From a virus (taxonomy: Duplodnaviria; Caudoviricetes): a stretch of 48,097 bases of DNA. Below the pieces are notes generated by a model. The model was not told where the DNA came from and did no database searches. It saw only the letters and a list, made by a program, of their open reading frames with translations. Location of the stretch: positions 1-48,097 of the IMG/VR virus record IMGVR_UViG_3300025723_000004; one strand, 5' to 3'. The position numbers and the translations under genes were made by a program. This document shows, piece by piece, positions 1 to 8,382 of the stretch (the stretch's first letter is position 1; every line of letters begins with the position of its first letter).

Positions 1-127
1 AACTTAGCCAATTCCAGTGCGCTCATAGGTTTGTAGTTGATAAGCCGCCACCAACACCGATTTTTGTCAAATTTAACCCCTACCAGCGCGGCAGGGCTGG
101 CGGTGCCAAAGTCTTGCCCGTAATACT
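1..127. repeat. 127-bp direct terminal overlap, identical to 47971..48097 (circular contig)
   Basis: Exact match by inspection; 127 is a common assembler k-mer size; terL reads in frame across the junction. Confidence 0.95.
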
Positions 128-941
128 CCCTGTATGGCAGTTTCATGTAATCGGCAAACTTAATAGGCTTTACTTTCTTAAGCACTTGCCCTTTGCGCCC
201 ACTGGATGAATAGCCTTTGATGGCAGTAAGGTAGTAATGGACGTTATAGTTAGGGTCGTCAGGGTTGCCATAGCTTTCGTAGCGGTTTACCACATGATCG
301 GGCAAATACTCGTTATCTTGGTACACCGAGCAAATAGACACCACGCCGGATATTTCCTTGGGCACTGGTTCAAAATAACCGTCATGGGCTGGTACCGCAA
401 CCAAGTTAAAGTATCGTTTTAGGATAAAATGCCCCGTGTCAGGCGTGTTAAGGATGATAATAACCAAACAGCCTTCTTTGCGCAAGCTATCCACAAACGT
501 GTTAAACTTGTCCACGTCCGTAATATCCTCGCCTTCTTCAATCACGGCAATATCAATATCACTGGCACCTTTCAGGTTAGCCCGCTTTTGGTTATCAGAA
601 GCCCTAAAGCCTTTCGTGTAAATAAGCGTTTTGCCGGTTTTCTTGTCTTTTAGCTCCGTCTCATTTTTGGTAAAAAAGCGGCTTAAGGCCCCTTTTTCGT
701 TGGCGGTGTCATACCTCGCCCATATCTCATTTAGGATAGTATCTTTAATCAGCGCCTTTTCATCCCGGATAATTACGCAGCGTTTTTTAAGCATCGTGGC
801 GGAGAAAGCAATAAACTTGCTTATCTCATAGGTCTTTCCGCCACCCCTGCCGCCAATACATACCACCGTGTGGGTTTTTGGCGGCAAATTATAGAGCGGT
901 TCAAACTTTTTGCTTTTTTGGATGATGGCTTCAACTTCCAT
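1..941 (-). CDS. terL: Terminase large subunit, N-terminal part (PBSX-like); continues at 47970 down to 47571, about 446 aa total
   Basis: Manual translation from ATG 941: MEVEAIIQKSKKFEPLY...IGGRGGGKT (Walker A)...IAVIEEGED (Walker B)...YYGQDFG (RNase H motif), in frame with ORF 47571..47996; start overlaps the terS stop. Confidence 0.93.
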   Translation of the reverse strand, partial: MEVEAIIQKSKKFEPLYNLPPKTHTVVCIGGRGGGKTYEISKFIAFSATMLKKRCVIIRDEKALIKDTILNEIWARYDTANEKGALSRFFTKNETELKDKKTGKTLIYTKGFRASDNQKRANLKGASDIDIAVIEEGEDITDVDKFNTFVDSLRKEGCLVIIILNTPDTGHFILKRYFNLVAVPAHDGYFEPVPKEISGVVSICSVYQDNEYLPDHVVNRYESYGNPDDPNYNVHYYLTAIKGYSSSGRKGQVLKKVKPIKFADYMKLPYREYYGQDFGTASPAALVGVKFDKNRCWWRLINYKPMSALELAK

Positions 942-1420
942 TATTTGAAAGTGATTTTGATTTTATCGGGCAGCAGGGCTTCGCCGTCTTTGCCTGTTAT
1001 CTCGGTTTTGGCTGGGGCATAGTCCCCTTCCATCTTGTTCAACTCGGCAATAGCTTTTAGCCTGTCGGCCTGGTCAGGCTCCACGGCAAACTCTTTAATC
1101 TCTCCAGCAATTACAAAGGGGCGTTTAACCTTTATTTGGCCTTTGATAATCTTGGTAAGATATTCCTTTCGCTCGTTTGCGCTCATTATAGCCATTTTAC
1201 GGGCTTTAATAGCCTCGGCGGTGTCTACTGCGTCCAGCTCCTTCTTTATCGCCTGCTTGCGCTCCGTATGCTGCCTATTGGCCTCTTTCCATAGGCGGTC
1301 AAAGGTTCGGGTTGATAATTGCCATGCCTTGCCAACCTTTGCCAATGCTTTGCCACGGTCCGCGCCAAATTCAAGTTCTTTTATGATTGCATCAATAATA
1401 TGTTGGTTTCTGCCTGCCAC
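941..1420 (-). CDS. terS: Terminase small subunit
   Basis: N-terminal HTH-like region, ADRLKAIAELNKMEGDY, C-terminal KTEITGKDGEAL; immediately upstream of terL. Confidence 0.85.
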   Translation of the reverse strand: MAGRNQHIIDAIIKELEFGADRGKALAKVGKAWQLSTRTFDRLWKEANRQHTERKQAIKKELDAVDTAEAIKARKMAIMSANERKEYLTKIIKGQIKVKRPFVIAGEIKEFAVEPDQADRLKAIAELNKMEGDYAPAKTEITGKDGEALLPDKIKITFK

Positions 1421-1428
1421 GCTACAAA

Positions 1429-1445
1429 GTAAAGAATTTATTTAC
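1429..1445. promoter_or_regulatory. Late-gene palindromic box, copy 1 (GTAAAGA-ATT-TATTTAC), upstream of terS
   Basis: One mismatch to a palindrome repeated at four other late-gene starts. Confidence 0.7.
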
Positions 1446-1682
1446 TTTTACCGTCAAAAACGTAGTTTTAACGCTTTCTAACACCCATTTTTATGTAACA
1501 GCACTTCGCGGCCCGGTAATGTGGGGCAACCTGAAATATAAATCCCCCGGCGTTCAATGTGGTGTTGTTTCGCGGCTCATTGGCCATTTTAATGGAAATG
1601 CTTCAACCATTTGGAATATTTTTTGGCGTTTTTTGTGAATATTTTTTGGCGAAAAGTGTGTTAGAGAAAATTGGCAGGCCGT

Positions 1683-2090
1683 TCACACTTCAATAATTTC
1701 TATGTTTAATTCGGCTTTCATCAGCTTCTTTTTTAGCCTGTACACGGCCAGTTTTCGAGTAACCGACGATTTTGCATCTTCTACAATTAACTCCCCATTT
1801 CGAGTATAAGTAAAATCTGCGATAAATTTACACACAGACAATTCAAACGGCGTTTGGCAGTGCAGGTGCGTTATCTCTCCGGCGGCTTGCATGGCCCGTA
1901 ATTGAATGTACCTTTTGGCTTCCTTTGTGCTTTGAAACTTTTTCCCGTCCAACTCAACGGGTACGTTATTGTACTTGTTTTTTTTTGGAGTCCGCAGCTT
2001 TTCGGGTTCCCCCCACAGGTGCGCATTATCCGGCCTTTGACCTGCGGCGGTGTTTTTAAATTGGTCTAAAGTGATGGGCGCACGCTTCAT
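1683..2090 (-). CDS. DUF1064-like PD-(D/E)XK nuclease (possible resolvase)
   Basis: NKYNNVPVELDGKKFQSTKEAKRY, FIADFTY, IVEDAK motifs. Confidence 0.8.
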   Translation of the reverse strand: MKRAPITLDQFKNTAAGQRPDNAHLWGEPEKLRTPKKNKYNNVPVELDGKKFQSTKEAKRYIQLRAMQAAGEITHLHCQTPFELSVCKFIADFTYTRNGELIVEDAKSSVTRKLAVYRLKKKLMKAELNIEIIEV

Positions 2091-2506
2091 ACAACTTTTT
2101 TGTAAATAGTTTCTGTCTTCGCATTAAAATCAACGAGCTGTTTTTTATTGGCAGCTCTTTGAAGCTTACTAACTTGGCGGCGCAAAAGCTTGTTTTCAAT
2201 CTTTATCCGTTTGCTTTCAGAAATGCCGATTATGGCCTTAAGGTGCATGAGCGGTTCGTAAAACTCTCGGTCCTTTGTAAAAACAGCATTTTCGCAATTT
2301 TTTAAGGCTGGCAATACGGTGCTATGGTCGTATCCGCCTAACAACTTGCCAATATCCTGTAAGCTCAAAATGGTACTGTTGTATAAAAAGTACATGCATA
2401 GGTGGCGCGGGATGATATATTCCCTTTTCCGGCATTTTGTCGTGATATACTCAGGCGTTATGCCGAAATAATCACAAACCGTCTCAATAATTTGCTGTGG
2501 GGTCAT
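2087..2506 (-). CDS. Stand-alone DnaA C-terminal (domain IV) HTH protein with a C-terminal coiled coil
   Basis: IIETVCDYFGIT...RKREYIIPRHLCMYF...SLQDIGKLLGGYDHSTV matches the DnaA domain IV signature; tail KIENKLLRRQVSKLQ. Confidence 0.85.
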   Translation of the reverse strand: MTPQQIIETVCDYFGITPEYITTKCRKREYIIPRHLCMYFLYNSTILSLQDIGKLLGGYDHSTVLPALKNCENAVFTKDREFYEPLMHLKAIIGISESKRIKIENKLLRRQVSKLQRAANKKQLVDFNAKTETIYKKVV

Positions 2507-2515
2507 ACTTATTGG

Positions 2516-2746
2516 TTATAGCCATCCAAATGGCTGGTTAATAAATTCGGTTTCTAACTTGCCAAAAATCTTTGGCGTTTCATAATTCTCGTGATGCTTC
2601 GGTGTCAAGACTTTTTTAGATTTCAAATACTGGCTTCGGCACTTTCTGCACATCGGGTAATCCTGGTCAAACCGGTTGTTTTTAGTTTCTTGGGTTTTAC
2701 AGATTGCGCACGTGCTGGCCAAGCTGGGGTCAAAAGGTGTTCTCAT
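2516..2746 (-). CDS. Small CxxC...CxxC zinc-finger protein
   Basis: CAIC and CRKC motifs; tightly packed in operon. Confidence 0.6.
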   Translation of the reverse strand: MRTPFDPSLASTCAICKTQETKNNRFDQDYPMCRKCRSQYLKSKKVLTPKHHENYETPKIFGKLETEFINQPFGWL

Positions 2747-2926
2747 TTAAAAAAAATTTACTTCTGCACACATTTTTTCAAATTCCGTTTGGTTGTTTTT
2801 TTTTGCTTTGGCAAGTTTGACCGCTTTTTTGCCCCTGCAAGGGTTGCAAATGTTGGCCCCATACCGAAATTTTACATCGCCCTCCACGGCTTTGCACTTG
2901 GTGCAGGTTTTACGAATTTGATACAT
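2747..2926 (-). CDS. Small CxxC...CxxC zinc-finger protein (59 aa, below the ORF-track cutoff)
   Basis: Manual translation MYQIRKTCTKCKAVEGDVKFRYGANICNPCRGKK...; fills the gap between neighbours. Confidence 0.6.
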   Translation of the reverse strand: MYQIRKTCTKCKAVEGDVKFRYGANICNPCRGKKAVKLAKAKKNNQTEFEKMCAEVNFF

Positions 2927-2929
2927 TGC

Positions 2930-3814
2930 TTACCCCCTTAGGTCGTCCCCTTTAATGGTGATATTGTTAAACATTTCTCGCATCCGGCTGCGCACCCGGT
3001 ACCCATACCGCTCTTGAATTTCGTCACCGCCGATATTGGTCGTAATAATCAAACGGTTAAAAGGTCTTTTGTTCAGGTAGTATCCTTCAATAAAATCCTT
3101 AAACCAACACACGTCGGTGCCATAATGCTTGACGCTGGGTGTTTCGCTGCCCATATCATCGAGCAGGGTAATACGGTCGGTGTTGATTTCGCAGAAGCCA
3201 TTCAGGCGCACCCGTTCCGTTATCTCAATCAGCGAATAGATGACAATCGGGCAAAGCGGGTTGTTTTTTACAGCCTCGATCGTTTTGGTTTTACCAAGGC
3301 CGCTGGTTCCCATCACTAGCAACCCTTTTTGGAAAGAAAATCCGAGTTCTGTTTCAAATCGCGCGTCGGCAGCAAGAAAGTAGCACAAGGCTTGTATGTA
3401 AGCTGCGTTTGTTTGTTTGTCGTACACAAAGTGGCCACACTCGTTGAGGAAATAAGCTTTTATTTCCGCCCAAAACCGGCCTGCGGTCCAGCTGCGCCGC
3501 AATTCCTCGGCTTTTTTCTGCTCTCTTTCCCTTTCGCGTTGCCTGTAGGCTTTATCCTCTAACGCCCATTTTTTGCGTTCATTTGCCGACCGTAACACTT
3601 CGGCAATATCAATTTTGGCAAGCCAATCTTGCTCTGTCGGGAATTGGCCCAATAGCTCCATTTTGCGGCCGTAAGATTTTTTTAGCTGCATAACTGCATG
3701 GTTTATGGCCGCTTGTTTTTCCTCATCCGTCAGCACCTCACAGGGGTTGGAGGCGGCTACCAGGCTGCCCGGTGTTTCCAGTGCGGGCAGCAGTTCCCCG
3801 ATTTGTTGTGTCAT
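2930..3814 (-). CDS. P-loop ATPase, DnaC/IstB-like helicase loader
   Basis: GTSGLGKT Walker A, LLDDMGSE Walker B, ITTN, RVRSRMREMFN; likely start MTQQIG at 3814, following the initiator. Confidence 0.85.
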   Translation of the reverse strand: MTQQIGELLPALETPGSLVAASNPCEVLTDEEKQAAINHAVMQLKKSYGRKMELLGQFPTEQDWLAKIDIAEVLRSANERKKWALEDKAYRQREREREQKKAEELRRSWTAGRFWAEIKAYFLNECGHFVYDKQTNAAYIQALCYFLAADARFETELGFSFQKGLLVMGTSGLGKTKTIEAVKNNPLCPIVIYSLIEITERVRLNGFCEINTDRITLLDDMGSETPSVKHYGTDVCWFKDFIEGYYLNKRPFNRLIITTNIGGDEIQERYGYRVRSRMREMFNNITIKGDDLRG

Positions 3815-4559
3815 TTTTGTTAGAATTGGTGATTGAATCGAATTTTTGAGACAAAACCGGCAATTCAAAATTGATTTGTAGCCACGTGTCATGCTCCCAA
3901 GCTTTTTTGAAAAAATAGGCCAGCGATTTAAGGGCTTGTTCCTCCGTCCATTCCCGTCCTTTGGCCGCACTTAGCTTTTTTAGCCGGGTGACAATGGATT
4001 TAAGTGCTTTCCCCTTGGTTGCGTCAAAACTTGGCGGCGCGGAAAATTGTTTTTCGTAAAAATCAAACCAGCATTTACAAAGCAATTTCCAGTAATCAAT
4101 TTCTTTTTTTTCAGAGGTGCCGCCCTCTGGCGGCAAATGAGATTTAGAAGTATTTAGTTTAGTCTTGTCTAGTTTATTAATAGTACCCATTTGTGTCGGC
4201 TTTGTGTACCCATTTGTGTTACCGTTTGTGTATGCTTTTGCCTCCGCACTTGTGTCCGTATTATGGACACAAAAGAATATTAACTTATATTCTGCGCACA
4301 GATTACCGCCGCGTTGCTTCCAGTTAAGGCGTCCTTTTTGCGTGAGTAAATTTCTGGCTTCGTACAGTTCAGACCGTTTGAATCCTGTTTTAGATTCAAT
4401 GATTGATATGGCTACCGTGAATGATTCTTCCCATCCAGCTTTATTTGCTATGTGCATCAAACTATGCCATAATGCAATTGCCGATTTTGGAACTTGATTC
4501 GTTTCGAGCCAATCGTAGAACATGTTTATTTCCGAGATGTAGTTAATATTCCGTTTCAA
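3738..4559 (-). CDS. Phage replication initiator (DnaD-like N-terminal winged HTH)
   Basis: NYISEINMFYDW...ALWHSLMHIANKAGW...ARNLLTQKG; internal short repeats typical of an ori-containing initiator; upstream of the loader. Confidence 0.75.
   Translation of the reverse strand: MKRNINYISEINMFYDWLETNQVPKSAIALWHSLMHIANKAGWEESFTVAISIIESKTGFKRSELYEARNLLTQKGRLNWKQRGGNLCAEYKLIFFCVHNTDTSAEAKAYTNGNTNGYTKPTQMGTINKLDKTKLNTSKSHLPPEGGTSEKKEIDYWKLLCKCWFDFYEKQFSAPPSFDATKGKALKSIVTRLKKLSAAKGREWTEEQALKSLAYFFKKAWEHDTWLQINFELPVLSQKFDSITNSNKNDTTNRGTAARTGNTGQPGSRLQPL
4145..4273. repeat. Putative replication origin: TTTGTGT iterons plus AT-rich tract inside the initiator gene
   Basis: TTTGTGT-like units at 4190, 4201, 4213, 4225, 4237 (degenerate) and 4249; inverted copy at 4267; AT-rich 4145..4183. 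Confidence 0.65.
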
Positions 4560-4613
4560 CTTTAAATCTTCTTTTGGGGATATGCTTAAAAACTGACTGA
4601 CTAACTTAAAAAC

Positions 4614-5417
4614 CTACCTGTATAGTGGAAAATCCCTTACCTGTAATGCCAAAGGAAATTCTTCAATGTTGCCGCCGTGTCGGTCACTCATTTTTAATTG
4701 CTTGGCTAAGTGGGTACCCATCTGCTTTACAAAAACAGCTATATTGTTAACTTTACAATCGTTCACGATAGTTTCTATCCAAGATAGCTCACAGGGCCTG
4801 TAGCGGTATTTACCTGTTTCATTGCCACTTTCCCCGCCGACAATTACCCAATCAAACGCAGGCAATATGTGCCAATGTTCACCAATTGCTTCAACCGTTG
4901 GTTTCCATAAATTAATTTCTCCATGCAACGGCTCCAATGAAAGAAACTTTACCTTGCTTCGTACCATTGATAAATCCACCATTCGCCGTATGCTGCTTTG
5001 GCTTCCCACACTGGTGCCCAGCCAAACGTTGTGCCACCCTTCACCCCAATCGAGGGGAAGATGGTCAGCAATGCGCTCCGGCCTTTTGGTAAGTATTTGA
5101 AAAATAAGGTGCGGGCATTTCCTAATTATGTCCCACATTTCAGACCTATAGCTATCGATTGCCGGGTGAAACACATCAGTAAGGGAAGAAGTGAATATCA
5201 GCGGCCTACCATGCCAAACCTTACTGTAGTTATCTTTGTAATGCAGCGGCATATTAAAGACCGTTTTAGTCCTTACTACTTCTAAAGGATTGTACCGTGT
5301 GTTATCAAAGCTATCGCGGTACATATAGCAAAATTTGCAATCCTCGTCAACTTTGGTGCATCCCCTGGCGATGTTCCAAGTAGCATCGGTCCATTGAATA
5401 TTTGATTTTTCTGCCAT
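4614..5417 (-). CDS. Phage Gp37/Gp68 (DUF5131) family protein
   Basis: SNIQWTDATWN..GCTKVDEDCKFCY, FQILTKRPER, NVWLGTSV, FLSLEPL, DWVIVGGESG. Confidence 0.9.
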   Translation of the reverse strand: MAEKSNIQWTDATWNIARGCTKVDEDCKFCYMYRDSFDNTRYNPLEVVRTKTVFNMPLHYKDNYSKVWHGRPLIFTSSLTDVFHPAIDSYRSEMWDIIRKCPHLIFQILTKRPERIADHLPLDWGEGWHNVWLGTSVGSQSSIRRMVDLSMVRSKVKFLSLEPLHGEINLWKPTVEAIGEHWHILPAFDWVIVGGESGNETGKYRYRPCELSWIETIVNDCKVNNIAVFVKQMGTHLAKQLKMSDRHGGNIEEFPLALQVRDFPLYR

Positions 5418-5420
5418 TGT

Positions 5421-7346
5421 TTAAGCTGTTTTGCGTTTATTAGTGAACAAAATGTTTTGTGCCATGGCCTCACACCAAGCCTTTACAACGTGGGGTACCA
5501 CACTGTTGCCGATAAACTTTTTCTGGTCTGATTGGTTGCCAGCTAAATGGTAGGAAGATGGGAAGCCCTGAATTTTTAAAAGCTCTGTTACCCGCAGCAT
5601 GCGCATTTTGATGTCGACCAAGCTATACACGGCCATAAACTGCTTAATCTTAACCATGATTTCACTGTCGGTTTCGTAGATACATACTGCCACGGGGCCA
5701 TGCTCAACCTGTACGAAGCTTAACGGGGCTTTATCTTGCCGGGCTACTATCACGCAGCAGGGCTGGTTAATATCGCACGGGTTACCACCCCACCCGGGGT
5801 TTATTAGGTAGTGGTGCCTGCGGCTGGCCATTAATGTCGGTGCAACGCCGTCAACAGATTGCGGGTTGTTGGTAAAATTGCCCGGCAATATGAAAGGGGA
5901 CACCTCCACCAGCCTGTGCTTATCCGTTGGCATTATGGTTCCTGCGGGTACGTCAATGCTTTGGTTTTGGCTTTTTGAATAATGCTTGTCAACAAAAAAT
6001 TCAGGTTTCAATAAAGCCAGCTTATCGGCTGTGAGTAAAGTCGGCGCAGGTTCTGTCACCTCATTACACTTGCTGCTATGGTTATAGTTGACTAAAAACT
6101 CCGGCTGTACAAGAGCGCAGCGGTCTTTGGTGGGGATGGTTGGCGCGGGGCTGTCAACGCTGCTGATGTTATCGCCATTGCCATAATAGGCAGCAAGAAA
6201 TTCCGGCTGGGCAAGATATAGCCTGTTTTGTGTCGAAATAACTGGTGAAGGTTCATCTACCGAGGGGGCGTTGTACCGCCCATTTGCGCTGCGGCTGTTG
6301 TACTTTACCAAAAACTCAGCCTGCACCAAGTCTTGGTTGCCTCCGGTTGCAGTAAGTGTACGTGCAGGTCCATTAGTGTCCACCAATTTACTGTTAGGTT
6401 CACCGTTATGCCGTTGCACAATAAACTCTGTCTGCACCAATGTTTGGCCACCAAATGTGGTTATTGTGCCTGTAGGCTGATCAACTGCTGTTACTTTTCC
6501 CGCAGGCCGTCCGCTAAAATATTTGCTTATAAATGCCGTATTACCTTTTGCAATAAACTTTACCAAGCCAGCATATATACGCTCCAGTGTTTTTTCGCTT
6601 AGTGCCTTTTTACGGGTAAAAATGCTTTCGCCTTGGTCTGAAAAATCCAGCACTTCCTTTACGGCCTTCCATTGCTGCAAATCTCCGTACATGCCATTTT
6701 TGGAAGGTTTTTTTGAATGGGTGGCCGTGGGCCATGCGATGGGTAACCATGGCTTAGCAAACACACCAAACAGTCGGTTGCGGCTGGTATATGCCCCAAA
6801 GTTGGCACTGTTTAATTCCTTCCATTCATCCACATAACCCAATTCGCAAATGGACTTCTTCCACCGCATCCAGTCGCTGCCGTTTTTTCGGCTTAAAGGC
6901 TTGCCGTTTTCATCCAATGGCCCCCAGCTCATAAACTCAACGACATTCTCAATCTGAATGTAATCGGGGTTAAGGGCTTCAATATACCGGTGCAGATGGT
7001 CGGCCAATGTCCGGCTATCGGCATCACGAGGCTGGCCGCCCTTAGCTTTGCTGAAATTGGTGCACTCCAAAGAAGCCCATAAAACCAAATAAGCATCGGG
7101 GTATACGGCTTGCCAATGGTTAGTAACAGCTGTAAGTTCAGTTAGGTCAAGCGTCCTGATATCTTCTTCAAAATGCTTCACCTCAGGGTGGTTCATCCAA
7201 TGGCTTTCAATAGCTTTAGGGTCATGGTTGACACAAGCAATTACCTTAGCGCAATGGTCACCGTCAATGTTTGCCTGGACAAAGCCTGTGGTTGTTCCAC
7301 CAGCTCCACAAAAAAGATCCACGATTAAAAATGTAGGTGTGTGCAT
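5421..7346 (-). CDS. C5-cytosine DNA methyltransferase with a long repeat-containing variable region
   Basis: Motif I DLFCGAGG, motif IV variant ASLECTNFS, motif VI ENV, motif VIII TSRNRLF, motifs IX-X QGFP...IGNSV. Confidence 0.9.
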   Translation of the reverse strand: MHTPTFLIVDLFCGAGGTTTGFVQANIDGDHCAKVIACVNHDPKAIESHWMNHPEVKHFEEDIRTLDLTELTAVTNHWQAVYPDAYLVLWASLECTNFSKAKGGQPRDADSRTLADHLHRYIEALNPDYIQIENVVEFMSWGPLDENGKPLSRKNGSDWMRWKKSICELGYVDEWKELNSANFGAYTSRNRLFGVFAKPWLPIAWPTATHSKKPSKNGMYGDLQQWKAVKEVLDFSDQGESIFTRKKALSEKTLERIYAGLVKFIAKGNTAFISKYFSGRPAGKVTAVDQPTGTITTFGGQTLVQTEFIVQRHNGEPNSKLVDTNGPARTLTATGGNQDLVQAEFLVKYNSRSANGRYNAPSVDEPSPVISTQNRLYLAQPEFLAAYYGNGDNISSVDSPAPTIPTKDRCALVQPEFLVNYNHSSKCNEVTEPAPTLLTADKLALLKPEFFVDKHYSKSQNQSIDVPAGTIMPTDKHRLVEVSPFILPGNFTNNPQSVDGVAPTLMASRRHHYLINPGWGGNPCDINQPCCVIVARQDKAPLSFVQVEHGPVAVCIYETDSEIMVKIKQFMAVYSLVDIKMRMLRVTELLKIQGFPSSYHLAGNQSDQKKFIGNSVVPHVVKAWCEAMAQNILFTNKRKTA

Positions 7347-7382
7347 TATGCGGTTTCTTTTAAAAGGTCAAATAATGTTATT

Positions 7383-8381
7383 TTACATTTCGCTTGCTTC
7401 TGTTTCAAATTCCAATTCCTGTTGAACAACATTTTTATTTTTCGACTCGGCAAGATTTTTAACGGCCTGTTTAAAATAACTTTCTTTTAATTCTACGCCT
7501 ATCCCATACCGGCCATTTACAACGGCCTCAAATGCCTCACTGCCTACGCCCATATAAGGCGTAAAAACAACTTCCTTAGGATTGCTGTATAATTCTACGC
7601 ACCGGCCAATAACATCAAGCTGCAAAGGGTGTACGTGTTTTTCGTCGTCTTCGTCTTTGCTTTCCCTAAACGGCAAAACATTGTCTATCCTAATATCATC
7701 CCATACGCTGGAGGCGTACCGTTGCCAAATAATATGAGAGAGTTTATTTGTTTTTGGATCATCCCAATTTTTGTACTTTTCTTTTAAAAGTTGAAACGAA
7801 CCATATTTTTTTTCCATGGCCGGCAAAAGAGGCGTAGCCCCCATATATTCAGAAAGGCCTACAGGGTGGGTAACTGGGGTTATAATTTTACCCCGCCTTT
7901 TAAATATAAGTAAATAATCCGGCATAGCGGTAAAGCACTCCGTGCTATCCTCTACAATTAATTTGTGCATAAGGCTTTTTACCATTGTCCTCATCCGAAC
8001 CTTTAAAGGCTCTTTCCAAATAGTTACAGTGTTTTTCCAGTCAAACCCGTGTTTAATGTGAATTTTTTTAACCTCATGCGGAAAATCAAAAAACTCTGTT
8101 ACCCTTTCGGGTATAAGGTCGGCAACGTGTACGCATGTTATGCGCCCCGGCTTCGTAACCCTTGCGATTTCCGCAACATGAAATTCGTATTGCTTTAAAA
8201 ATTGCTCTTTTGTTTCACAGTTGCTTAAATCGTTTTCGCTGCTACTGTAGTTGTATAAACCGCCAAACGGGGGGCTATAAATTGAAAGGTCAATACTTTC
8301 TGATGGCATTTGAGACATTACGTACATGCAATCACTATTGTATATGGCGTAATTGTCGGTAATCAATTTGTCCTTTATCAT
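7383..8381 (-). CDS. N4-cytosine/N6-adenine DNA methyltransferase (beta class)
   Basis: Catalytic SPPF precedes SAM-binding FTPYMGVGSE; KHVHPLQ. Confidence 0.9.
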   Translation of the reverse strand: MIKDKLITDNYAIYNSDCMYVMSQMPSESIDLSIYSPPFGGLYNYSSSENDLSNCETKEQFLKQYEFHVAEIARVTKPGRITCVHVADLIPERVTEFFDFPHEVKKIHIKHGFDWKNTVTIWKEPLKVRMRTMVKSLMHKLIVEDSTECFTAMPDYLLIFKRRGKIITPVTHPVGLSEYMGATPLLPAMEKKYGSFQLLKEKYKNWDDPKTNKLSHIIWQRYASSVWDDIRIDNVLPFRESKDEDDEKHVHPLQLDVIGRCVELYSNPKEVVFTPYMGVGSEAFEAVVNGRYGIGVELKESYFKQAVKNLAESKNKNVVQQELEFETEASEM

Positions 8382-8382
8382 G

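Noticed and set aside
1-127. Biological direct terminal repeat
   Set aside because: The length equals a common assembly k-mer and it falls in the middle of terL; better explained as a circular-assembly overlap.
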